From Eledone cirrhosa (Eukaryota): DNA of 64,000 bases. Positions 14,901 through 27,134 of this stretch are shown here, piece by piece. Under the pieces are notes generated by a model. The model was given only the letters and a program-made list of their open reading frames with translations. It did not search any database and had not been told where the DNA came from. The position numbers and the translations under genes are program-made. The DNA is taken from assembly GCA_964016885.1 (NCBI GenBank), contig OZ024759.1, forward strand, positions 23,622,001 to 23,686,000, written 5' to 3'. Every line of letters starts with the position of its first letter. Position 1 is the first letter of the stretch.

Positions 14901-15108
14901 TAAAAATAACAAGTCACTGGCAACGAGCAGTAAACGAAAACCACGCAATGACTTGAAAAACAAACGAAGTTTAGTGAACAAGAGGAAAAGTAAAGGGAAC
15001 GTTCCGGATACATTTTCCAAGCCGAAATCTTTACTATGCAATGCTAATGAATCGAAAGTTCTAGCGGACATCACGAACACCCAAGGCGACGAAATAAACA
15101 GATGCTAG
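11953..15108 (+). CDS. Intronless SKICH-domain + coiled-coil protein (TAX1BP1/CALCOCO-like N-terminus), 1051 aa
   Basis: 3156-nt ORF of normal complexity. Residues ~22-122 (VLFHNIRSTY..LTYSL..DWIGVFPVYWTSVND..VW..YAFAYLNNRCEVLGISSPF) match the SKICH pattern. Heptad-rich segment ~370-490; long S/D/N-rich tail. Confidence 0.85.
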   Translation: MADLNVELPQRTDNKMKVKDLVLFHNIRSTYEPNENVTLTYSLKHLFTPNLDDWIGVFPVYWTSVNDCVDSVWSSTHHSMETNNTRKVNFQFQFPSNNSFRYAFAYLNNRCEVLGISSPFKIVASNPRDSVNVARPIDNVTSVKVNDEVLQCSNNWLPLIQKRRDKITALRDIICPVPPYLRTSSTPGMSIENTDDNINVPDLEQTTSEDSRRTAEFIDLYDMCKESPNTENYSDSWQSEANIIRNRHNAKKHKNKEENDLDVLEDESVNSKAIMRKGNRDVIAYTPKNRSLYYPKELYMQKCFLRNSWNVHMLSKLKKLPSRVTRQDDVVNICKSKGQNLDQNVVNSGEYETDSKENGAMQNVSKNDYTKMNEALAYYKNLTEANLLEIEKLVKIIRDLQREVECVKAMKFGFEWRLMKQGNDIGKLKDQLKGSVENHWKQVIALEKEKTLLKRLNYDLQKKVTETLSELEQVKICNTNITKKLHSMLSCKLSYGSCSSDQLNQTGISDNVNDKEKATSEEYAVNARPFVSDDSYKINSLEKTNTNDTLFQNDMGSLDNFHRKTSSQSCDPFKSNHDDIDKMDPNSVTNKTKLKEIPLDKHAHDENKSLPFCASFPFKNICKLNPNSLKNFFSSPNKEVRSKAEDKDVAQNKFDRHYRTNKSTNTPKSKDDEDVYSESDAELELTSQNRDCVQQLNGFHHSNDTSNSNNPTVSTERHVTVVVNKQQKYNNESEPTDKRKQLDNENLSYDNTHDDSLKDMSFPNSTPANSEFHWWSSEMSSESESVSSFNDRKSDSDSLSEDESTMTKQTAREKPASHQRSDINNYTESIQDKDKKFASFGPALNEEYISTYQRFKTDGCIKVKPQNSRKISFENQEMLMQPNLQDASTPNTENSFQKLKEIRWMFSGNKVEENHNDEGFPGHLEKSLHLENYEEESNTPFSLSALNSNYLERNNTSEPGTSEGELFGAYIPNDKKQGSNPEGKNNKSLATSSKRKPRNDLKNKRSLVNKRKSKGNVPDTFSKPKSLLCNANESKVLADITNTQGDEINRC

Positions 15109-15207
15109 AAGTAAAATCGATGGTAACAGGCAGTTTATACACACACACAGACATCGTTATCTAGCTCCTACCTCCGTAGTAGAGCACTTTCCGACCCCCA
15201 CCACACC

Positions 15208-15240
<33 letters not shown>

Positions 15241-15254
15241 ATACATGTATATAC

Positions 15255-15343
<89 letters not shown>

Positions 15344-15357
15344 ATACATGTATATAC

Positions 15358-15398
<41 letters not shown>

Positions 15399-15804
15399 AT
15401 GTATATATCTGTGTGTGTGTTGATGGCTACGATACATAATATGAAAGGTACTGAATGTTATGGCTCAAATTTGAGGCAAAGGAGTAACAACAAGCTCAAC
15501 TGTGATTATTTTTATCGCCAGGACTTATAAGTATTAACGGTAAAGTGGTCACTCAGTAAGCAATACATAAATGGATCTAATATCGACTGTGAAATAACTC
15601 ATTGTTCTTATATATATATATGTTTTGTCTCAAATTGATCATTTAAAAACGATGATTTTATTGGGCTCTGATCTAGTGATGACTGCAGTCAACAAAGAAG
15701 AAAGAATATTTTATAGATAGATAGATAGATAGCTATACATACACGTATACACACGTATACATACACGTATACATATATATATGTATATATATATATATAG
15801 ACAG

Positions 15805-15848
<44 letters not shown>

Positions 15849-15958
15849 ACACACACACACATATATTTATATATATAAAGAGAGAGAAAGAGAGATAGAT
15901 AGATAGATAGATGTACAGATATACACATATATACATATATATATATATATACATATGT

Positions 15959-16023
<65 letters not shown>

Positions 16024-16128
16024 CATTTCATGTGTGCATTAAAAACATAGCTCTCAGTAGGATTTCATTTGAAGGGAACTAAGAAAAAAAAAAACAAAAA
16101 AGAAACAAAATATACAAAAATTGTTCTG

Positions 16129-16163
<35 letters not shown>

Positions 16164-16792
16164 GTAATAAAATGTAAATTTTGAAGCTGTAATCCGACTC
16201 TTTCCGACAGCCCCTAAATATGTGTCTATATATACATACATATCTACATACATATATACATACATACCTACATCTATACATACACATACATACCTACATA
16301 TATACATACACGCACACACACACTCACACACACTCCCACACATACACTCACACACACACTCACTCACACGTATATATATATATATATGTATATGTATGTA
16401 AAGGCTGGATTTGCATTAACTTTAAATGGATGGAGTTTCGGATTTACAGAGGAAAAAACAATCTAGTTTGTTTAAATTTAGTTCACAATTATAATGTCGT
16501 CGTTGTTGTTATTGTTGTTGTTCAGATGCAATGAATAATTTTCTTTTCTATTGTGTTGCATATCCATTTTAAATTAACAGACATTTTCAGTAAGCCTTCG
16601 TTTTATGATCCCAGACAACTCACCGCCGGTAATTTCCGTGAATGAAAATGATATATATCTCTCTCTCTCTATATATATATATATATACACAAATATATAT
16701 ATATATAACCTTTTACATATATATAACTTTTATCAACTTAATCATTATCTGCATCTTCGAAAATGTATCTCTGCTCTAAATATGCATTATTT

Positions 16793-16982
16793 GGTGGATT
16801 GGCAGTATCGGTAGAGGGTCGGACGCCATTCTTTGCAGCATAGAGTTATGGGCCCTTATGATCTGAGTTCCAATACCACCGAGGTTAACTTTGCCTTTCA
16901 TCCTTACGGGGTCGATAAAATAAAGCACCAGTAATGCACTGGGATAATTGCTGGCCTTGTGCCAAAAGTTGAAACAATTATT
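16793..16982 (+). mobile_element. SINE family 1
   Basis: A/B boxes, core and tail. Confidence 0.85.
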
Positions 16983-17129
16983 AACAAAATTACAAGGTAA
17001 TATAGTTAGGTGTGGACACACGCAGTCATTTAGAAAATATCTAGAAAAAGAGGTTTATGTCGCTGTTGTAATTATTTATACTAAACTCGTCTTATGGACT
17101 GACTGCACTTAACATTTCCACCAACTTCT

Positions 17130-17440
<311 letters not shown>

Positions 17441-17712
17441 ATATAATGCAATGTGTTAGTACATGACTAGTTGGACCATTGTTCAGCTTAGTACTCAATA
17501 CTTAAGAAAGAAGCAGAGTTACTGCCCAACGGCTGAGCCCTTGCCATTTCGATGGCGAATGGATGCGCCGTCGAAAAGGTAAGAGCTCAGCCGTTGGGCA
17601 GTAACTCATTACAATTCCCACACTCACTCTACTTTCCTAAGTATTGAGTTCTAAGCCGAATATTGATCTTACTTTTCTAAACTGGTAACTCGTAAACTAC
17701 ACACACATACTT

Positions 17713-17765
<53 letters not shown>

Positions 17766-17917
17766 CCAGCATGGCCTCAGTCGGATGGCTGGAACAGGTA
17801 AAAGAGTAAAAGAGTATATAAACATATAAACATGAGTTGGGACCCGACGGCTGATATTGCCGTTTCAACAGCTAGTTCCAGACTATAACCATATTCTACT
17901 ATATATATAAATATACA

Positions 17918-18264
17918 CAATGATATTAAATAAATGGAAACTATATTTATAAAACCATATGTATTCTATTATATATATTTCAAGGGTACCAAAACTTTGG
18001 TACGCTTTCATCAGATAAAATACAAAGTTTGTTTTATAAATTTTGACATAACCAAGAAAAAGATACCTTAACGGTTCAAGTTTCAAGTTTTCCAAGGAAA
18101 ACTTGAACCGTTAAGGTATCTTTTTCTTGGCTATGTCAAAATTTATAAAACAAACTTTGTATTTTATCTGATGAAAGCGTACCAAAGTTTTGGTACCCTT
18201 GAAATATATATAATAGTATAAATATGGTTTTATAAATATAGTTTCCATTTATTTAATATCATTG
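17918..18264. repeat. ~350-bp palindrome carrying two hammerheads
   Basis: Arms 17918-18093 and 18096-18264 are near-perfect reverse complements. Confidence 0.9.
18160..18220 (+). ncRNA. Type I hammerhead ribozyme (mirror copy on minus strand at ~17963-18022)
   Basis: tattttat-CTGATGA-aagcgtaccaaa/gt/tttggtaccctt-GAAA-tatata-TA-atagtata. Confidence 0.7.
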
Positions 18265-18364
18265 AATATTATTATACTCCAGAAAACTTGTCCAGTGCTC
18301 TGAATCAGTTATAAATATTTATATTTGCTGAATTACCAACAAATTGAATATCCCTTTGCTTATA

Positions 18365-18449
<85 letters not shown>

Positions 18450-18588
18450 AAAGTTATATTTAAATTGTTGGGTTACAACTAGTAAATATTTATAACTGAT
18501 ATAAATCACTGCCAAATCAACTTTTTCAAATACAAGTCGATGTTGAACGGTATGTCAAATCTATTTATCTATAAAACTGTCTATATTG

Positions 18589-18654
18589 TATTTTGTCTGA
18601 GGAAGGCATAACATATTGTTAATAGGATATCCCTGAAATATATATAATGAAATA
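18589..18654 (+). ncRNA. Type I hammerhead ribozyme (CUGAGGA)
   Basis: tattttgt-CTGAGGA-agg..cct-GAAA-tatata-TA-atgaaata. Confidence 0.6.
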
Positions 18655-18694
18655 AATATGGTTTTATAAATATAGTTTCCATTTATTTAATATC

Positions 18695-18762
<68 letters not shown>

Positions 18763-19221
18763 ATCCCATTCATTTTTTTCTCAATACCTTCTGAATAATG
18801 TAGGGATATATTTTCAGAAATGCAGATTGCGAATATATTTACAAAGTTTAAAAGAAAAACCTGTCACTAACATTTACGGAAATTACCGGATGAAATCTGT
18901 GATCTTAAAACGAAAGATTACCAGCATTTTCTCTTGTAATGTTGTTTTTTTTCTAACTTGTTTTTAAATATCGTATGCGGCTTTTTGTAAGCACATTCAT
19001 CTCCGATTAATAAACGGGAGACAATGTCGCTTACAATCATTATACTTAGTCTGTTGGTATAGAAAGTGTTTATTGTTGTTGCTGGTTATTCTTTTACTGG
19101 TCTCAATCACTAGGCTGTGGTCATGCTGGAACACGTCCTTAAAAAGATTATCGGATGATTCAACTTGATAAAACCTGTTTGTATGTATATATATATGTCA
19201 GGTGCTACAGGTAACATGTAA

Positions 19222-19695
19222 ACCAGTACAACCGGTCTCATAGTCGGGTTGTCGGCGACTAAGCCGGCAACCCCACCAAGCTTGCTTGGTGAGGAGGGGG
19301 TGATATCTGGACACCTTGCGGGAGGAAATACAAGACCCGGCAAAGGGCGAAGGAACTCAGCAGAGTCAACAGCCACAAAAATAGTAAAAAAATGTTTTCA
19401 CCTGTGAGAGAAAGGCCCCCAATTGTTGTCACAAGACATTTCTAAGAGAAGGAAACTGGAAAAAAAACCTGCGACTTTGGAAACATCTCATGATATTGAC
19501 CAGTTCTCTTTTTCAGGTAGTGTATTGATGCTCAGAGAGTGGGACTGGTCGAGTGCAAGGCCTTTCCCCACTTAAAACCCTACAAAGCACAGGCATTGCT
19601 TGTTCAGGTTATGTTACAGGTTCGTGTGGCTGGCCGTAGCCTAAAAGTGCAGTATTTTCTATAATCTGCCAAGAGATTGCAATACTCTTAGCAGG
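19222..19695 (+). mobile_element. Longer copy of the unclassified repeat with GC-rich head
   Basis: 3' part matches 2322-2600. Confidence 0.65.
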
Positions 19696-20068
19696 ATTTG
19701 CATGTATGTATGTATGTATATATATATGTATATATATATATTATATATATATATATGTATATATATATATGTATATGTATATATGTATATATGTATATGT
19801 ATATATGTATATTTATATATGTATATATATATATATGTATATGTATATATGTATATGTATATATGTATATGTATATGTATATATGTATATATATATGTAT
19901 ATTTATATATGTATATATATATGTATATTTATATATGTATATATATATATGTATATTTATATATGTATATATATATATGTATATATATATATGTATATAT
20001 ATATATATGTATATGTATATATGTATATGTATATATGTATATATGTATATATATATATATATATATGT

Positions 20069-21700
20069 ATAACTTTGAATAACTTTGAAATGTTTTGGCC
20101 AGTATTGGCCCAGGCCATGTCTAACTTAATAGCACCACCTGGCGAAGTCTTTCAATTCAGGATTTGGGCACCATGGCCCATTCGAGAAGAGAATTACTGT
20201 TTGCGGAGACATATCCGGGTGTGGGTGGTTTGTCCGGGATTACTTGGAGGAATTTGTCCAAAGACTTCTTGAATTTTGTGTGGTCAGTTTCTGTTTTGAC
20301 GTGTCCTGGTGTGATGTTGAAGAGAGCAGGGCCGATTGAGGTGAAATAATTGTGCCGTATTGTTGTTATGAGTTGCGATTTAGATTTTTGAATGGGACGG
20401 ATAGCACGGGGCCCAAGCCTTGGGTGTATCTTGAAGGCGATGCCAACATCATTTGGGCAGTGATGATGGAACATTTTCCACATCATGCAGATAATATAAC
20501 GCTCACGGCGACGTTGGAGTGAGTAAAGTTTCAGGTTTTCCAATCGACCCCAGTAGTCAAGGTCTGACATGCCATCTATCTTTTTCGTGATTGCCCTTTG
20601 AGGAGCTTCAAGTTTCATGATACTTTGTTTCGTGTGGGGAGACCACAGTGGACAACAGTATTCAAGGTGTGGTCGGGCGAAAGTAGAGAAGAGAAGGATA
20701 ATGGTGCGGGAATCTCTCGACTGGAAGGTTCTGAGGATCCAGGAACACATTCTGCGGGCCATGTCAACTTTGCTGCTTATATGCGTGGTCCAGCTTATGT
20801 TGCTGTCCACGGTTACTCCCAAGTCTCTGATGTTGTTAGATGCCACGAGAGTTTCCCCGGAGGGAAGGGAGTACGGGAGTTTCAGAGCATCCTCTTTTCC
20901 AAAGTGGATCAGTTCGAATTTGTCTTCGTTCAGTAACATGTTGTTCTTTTCTGCCCATTGGGTAACAGCCAGTAGGTCTGACTGAAGGCTTATCCGGTCA
21001 TCCACGCCATTGATGACCTTTTGGAGCTTGGAATCATCAGCGAAAATTTTAATGTTGCTGTGTTTGATGATGTCAGTGATGTCATTAATATAGATGATGA
21101 AGAGAAGTGGGCCCAACACAGTGCCTTGTGGGACTCCACTACTGACTTTGGCTGGGCTTGATTTGACTCCCTCAACTACAACATGTTGGGTTCTGTTTGA
21201 CAGGAAGCTCTTGATCCACTGCAGCAGCTTTCCAGTGACACCAATATTGGACAGCTTTCTCAGTAGGATGTTATGATCAACCCTGTCAAAGGCCTTGCTG
21301 AAATCAAGGTAGATAACATCAGTGTTGGAACCCTCTCCCAAGGCTCTCAAAATGTCATCAAAGTGATGCAGTAGTTGCGTCAGGCAATCCCTTCCATTAC
21401 GGAATCCATGCTGGTTGGAGTTCAGCATATTGTTACTCTCAAGGAAGTGGGTCATTCGCGATCTCACCACTCGCTCAAATACCTTAATGATATGAGAGGT
21501 GAGTGAGATTGGACGGTAATTCACGGCAAGGGATTTGTTTCCCTTTTTGAAAACTGGGACAACAGACTGGGATAGAAGGTTTTCTGGCACATATCCAGCA
21601 TCCAGTGAGTTCCGCCACAGATTGGCAAGAGGAGAAGCAAGTTGGTGTTGACACGCCTTCAAGACACAAGCAGGGAACCTATCGGGACCTACTGCTGAAT
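20069..21700 (-). mobile_element. 5'-truncated CR1/L2-group LINE with intact RT-domain ORF2 fragment
   Basis: YRPISLTS, DVIYLDFSKAFDRV, SGVPQGTVLGPLLF, IFADD, RDLGV, RPHLEYC motifs; stop at 20157; short 3' UTR ending in (TCAAAGTTAT)2; TA-rich microsatellite on both sides. Confidence 0.92.
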
Positions 21701-21732
<32 letters not shown>

Positions 21733-21749
21733 TACATATATACATGAAG

Positions 21750-21781
<32 letters not shown>

Positions 21782-22155
21782 TACATATATATATGTATAT
21801 TTATATATATATGTATATGTATATATATATGTATATTTATATATATATGTATATATGTATATATATATGTATATTTATATATATATATATGTATATTTAT
21901 ATATATATGTATATATATATATATATATGTATATTTATATATATATGTATATATATTTATATATATATGTATATTTATATATGTATATTTATATATGTAT
22001 ATGTATATTTATATATATATGTATATATATATTTATATATATATGTATATTTATATATGTATATATATATGTATATATATATGTATATATATATGTATAT
22101 TTATATATATATGTATATGTATATTTATATATATATGTATATTTATATATATATG

Positions 22156-22186
<31 letters not shown>

Positions 22187-22237
22187 GTATATTTATATAT
22201 ATATATATATATGTATATGTATATATATATGTATATG

Positions 22238-22336
<99 letters not shown>

Positions 22337-22361
22337 GTATATATATATAAATATATATATG

Positions 22362-22416
<55 letters not shown>

Positions 22417-22627
22417 ATATGTATATATATTTATATATATATGTGTATATATATATGTATATATATATGTATATATATGTATATGTGTATATATATATGT
22501 ATATATATGTATATGTATATATATGTATATGTATATATATTTATATATATATATATATATGTATATATATTTATATATATATATGTATATATATATGTAT
22601 ATATATATATTTATATATATATGTATG

Positions 22628-22688
<61 letters not shown>

Positions 22689-22749
22689 TTATATATATAT
22701 ATGTATATATATATGTATATATATATATGTATATATATATATTTATATA

Positions 22750-22801
<52 letters not shown>

Positions 22802-22809
22802 AATATATT

Positions 22810-22841
<32 letters not shown>

Positions 22842-24265
22842 AACATTTTTTTTTTTTTTTAAAGTAGAAACAATTATTAGTGTGTACGAAGAGGGGTAGG
22901 ACATCGGCAAACTGAAGGGCTACCCCGGGTGCCACACATACTCTAACTACGCCACTGGCATTTAGTCGATCATAAATAAACATTATACTACTACCTATTT
23001 TATCGATCTCAATACACAGAGCTGGATCAGATACTGCAAACTCACCTGTCCGACTTCTTACACATTTTGCCAATCCACAATCCCTGCTCGATTAGTATTT
23101 TATTTATTTATTTATTTATTTAATTATTTATTTATTTATTCATTCCTCTCCTATTCACCAAAAATGGATGAAAGGCAAAGTTGTCTTCGATGGGATTTGA
23201 ACTTAATGCAGAAAGAGCCTTAACAAATAGTGCTGACAGTTCTGTATGATCAAGACACCATCACCTTACTTGACCTGACCTGCCTCAAATGGAACAAATC
23301 ATCTAACCAATGGAAGCTTGGAAAATGGAAGTTAAACGACGATGGTGATGATGGTGATAGTGATGATGGTGGTGATGGTGATGATGGTGATATGATATTT
23401 GGACGCTCTCACAACTCAGAAAATTTGTCGCCTTAATTTGTATTTGGAATATTACACCAAAAATAGACACTAAAAATACATGCCTTGGACTATCACCATA
23501 AAAAAGTACAAAAACATTCTGTCCGTCATTACATGTGTGTATTTATGGACCTGTAATCCCTGATGGGGTCGAAGGGGCACCATAGGGGTATTCAATATTT
23601 TTGGGGGTGTCTGTTTAAACCTAGAGAACAGTTCTAAAAACAGTCTATATCCTCCAGAGAAATGATAAAGAGAGGAGTGAGGAAGAAATGTAGAGGAGAA
23701 ATCGACCTCAGTACTTGACTGGTACTTTTTTGTGGACCCTTGAATGAATGAAAGGTAAAGTTGACCTCGGCGGCATTTGAGCTCGGAGAATAGGGAGCCG
23801 GTATGAATGCCAAAAATCCTTCTATCTGACGTGCTAATGACTCTGAAAATCCGCCGCCTTCTATCATTACATGGTAGCTTATTGTCCCGTAACTCCTGAA
23901 GGAGTCGTAAGGGTGCCGTAGTGGCATCTGGCGTTCCTTGGGCATTTTAAGCCTGTGGGAGCCCATCCCTCACCAGGTCTGAACACAGCAAGATAGAAAG
24001 TAAGAAGGAAGAAGTGAGAAATGAGAAAGAGATATAGATAAAGAATCGACACCAGTATTTTACTGGTTCTCTTTTTATCGACCTCGAATGGATGAAAGGC
24101 AAAGTTGACCTTGGCGGAATTTGAACTCAGGTCGTAAAGGAGCATAACCCTAGGCTCCTTTTGAAGACAAAGAATAGAGAACCGAAGCAACAAAGCCCTC
24201 TATCAGACGTTCTAACAACTCTGTCATCATCACATGGGCATTTGAAAAGAAATATTTTCGCTTAC

Positions 24266-24358
24266 CTGGACAGCATCCGAAAATGGACTGATTCAATAGA
24301 TTATTTTGTGTAGAAGAGGCTGTTAGGAAGCCTTCTGTGATGTTCGGAATTAGGATTG
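24266..24358 (-). CDS. Candidate internal exon (xILIPNITEGFLTASSTQNNLLNQSIFGCCP), phase 1-1
   Basis: Strong acceptor tttttattttcag and donor CAG|gtaagc; 93 nt; open in the phase matching the 37656 exon; two N-glycosylation sequons. Confidence 0.6.
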
Positions 24359-24430
24359 CTGAAAATAAAAATTTTAAATAAAAAAAATATATAAATCAAT
24401 CAGTTTCTCCTCCCCTCCACCGTGTTTCTC

Positions 24431-24531
<101 letters not shown>

Positions 24532-24610
24532 AAGGTTAAACAAGGTTCAATGAATAAAGTTTTACAATAGATTAGAAGCACTCCACAGGAATGGTTTTCC
24601 GGAGTTATTA

Positions 24611-24934
24611 ATATTAATTCAAAATATTAACAAATATAGACATTCGTGTGATCAAGTATATTTTATTATACATATTTCAGAGGTACAGAGCTATCTTCAA
24701 CAGTACATCCTCATCAGATAAAATAAGATGATGCTTGACATACCTTGACTAAGTAGATGGTTAAAATTCATGGCTGAATTTTAACCATCTACTTAGTCAA
24801 GGTATGTCAAGCATCATCTTATTTTATCTGATGAGGATGTACTGTTGAAGATAGCTCTGTACCTCTGAAATATGTATAATAAAATATACTTGATCACACG
24901 AATGTCTATATTTGTTAATATTTTGAATTAATAT
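24611..24934. repeat. ~320-bp palindrome carrying two hammerheads
   Basis: Arms 24611-24770 and 24775-24934; spacer TGGC. Confidence 0.9.
24820..24886 (+). ncRNA. Type I hammerhead ribozyme (mirror copy on minus strand at ~24659-24725)
   Basis: tattttat-CTGATGA-ggatgtac..gtacctct-GAAA-tatgta-TA-ataaaata; perfect 8-bp stem I. Confidence 0.75.
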
Positions 24935-24991
24935 ATATATATGTGTGTGTGTGAGTGTATATATATATATGTGTGTGTGTATGTATATATA

Positions 24992-25067
<76 letters not shown>

Positions 25068-25132
25068 GATTTGATATATATATGTATGTGTGTGTGTGTG
25101 TGTGTGTTTGTGCATAGGACAATGGAAAAAAG

Positions 25133-25263
25133 TGTTTCTGAAGAGGACGGTCGATCGGACAGGAATTTCGAGACTAGAATTATGTGGTAGCCTAACCACT
25201 ACCATGCTAGTCGATACATCGATCTCCCACGATCAATCCACCCTCTGAAACGATCGTAAAACA
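25133..25263 (+). ncRNA. Type I hammerhead ribozyme with ~100-nt stem II
   Basis: tgttt-CTGAAGA-[long imperfect hairpin]-GAAA-cgatcg-TA-aaaca. Confidence 0.6.
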
Positions 25264-25543
25264 ATGCACTAAATAGCTACCTGCCTCTGAATTCAGTCTG
25301 TCTTTTTTTTTTTCATTGTTCTATGCACAAACACATATATGTAACTGACACTGGAACCTGGGCGGATCTTCTTTGAGGAACCCTTAAGCGGTGGTCACCT
25401 ATTACAAAAACCACTGGTCACACCGCCTAATCGCACCAAAACCATCTCTCCAAGGACACAATGAGTTCTAATAACGTTATCAACACCACCACAACCAGGT
25501 GGGATACGATGTGTGTGTGTGTATGTATGTATATATATTTATG

Positions 25544-25574
<31 letters not shown>

Positions 25575-25627
25575 CTGTGTGTGTGTGACAAGTAAGTTCG
25601 TTTTGAAACAGCGAGCGAGTTTGAAAT

Positions 25628-26113
<486 letters not shown>

Positions 26114-27054
26114 TTATATGTATATATGTGTGTGTGTGTGCGTGTGCAGGATATCTATAGATTAAAAAAGCCAGGTAAACAATCCTTAATCTATTGCAAA
26201 AGAGCTTATTTAAAATATTTAAAATTTCATAAACTTGACATATATACACGATCTTAGGTTTCGGGTTCCAGCTATAAACGACCACTGTATAGTGGGCTTT
26301 CCTCCCACTATACAGTAGTGCCCATAACTGGGCCCCAAAATCTAAGGTCGCGCATAAATGTGAAATGTATGAAATTTTAAATATATTATATATGTATATA
26401 TGTGTCTGTGTGTGTGTATCATTGGGTATGAATCGAAGTTGTAGCTGCCATATAGCAGGTACTATGCTAGTTGTTTTGAGGCAATCACAAAGCACTCAAT
26501 GGGTCGATAAGCTAAACATTGTCGTCCAGAGTAAAACACAACAGTTATAAAGTGTGACACCAAGAAAAATGACCGAATGCAGTGGCCATACTTATATACC
26601 ACAACAAATACAAAAAGATATATATATATATATATATATACGTTATTCCGGGTTGAATCGGAGGTAACCACAGTAAGTAAGGTACTCAATACATTGCAGA
26701 GTATAAAAGTTTTAATATAGATGAGATTCTACAGGACTAGAACTGTTTCATTCTTTAGATTCCTTTAATTCTATCTACCATGACTGACCCCCCACTGATC
26801 TTATAGACATCTGTTAGCTTAAGAGAAACTTAATGACAAGGAATGGTATGCCATCCGGAACCTGTTTATAGAATTCTGTCTGCCTTTGTTACTCTAAAAA
26901 CAAAAATTAATAATAAAAATAAACTATAGCTTTGTAGAATTAGCTTTTAATGAATTCCCTTTTCTATCAACCAATGACCTACACCCATCCCACCCCCCAC
27001 CCTCTCCTATCACCTGTAGAGACCTATAAATACCATATTTATTTTTTGATACCC

Positions 27055-27105
27055 AGATTCCTGATGATTTCTAAAGAATGAAACAGTTCTAGTCCTGTAG
27101 AATCT
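27055..27105 (+). ncRNA. Type I hammerhead ribozyme, family B
   Basis: agattc-CTGATGA-tttc/taaa/gaat-GAAA-cag/ttctagtc/ctg-TA-gaatct; predicted cut after 27099. Confidence 0.8.
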
Positions 27106-27134
27106 CATCTATATTAAAACTTTATATATATATA

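Noticed and set aside
21701-21737. N-terminal extension of the RT ORF
   Set aside because: Microsatellite read-through; the LINE is truncated at ~21700
23036-23072. Minus-strand exon with gtgagt donor
   Set aside because: Sequence resembles a decayed SINE family 1 head
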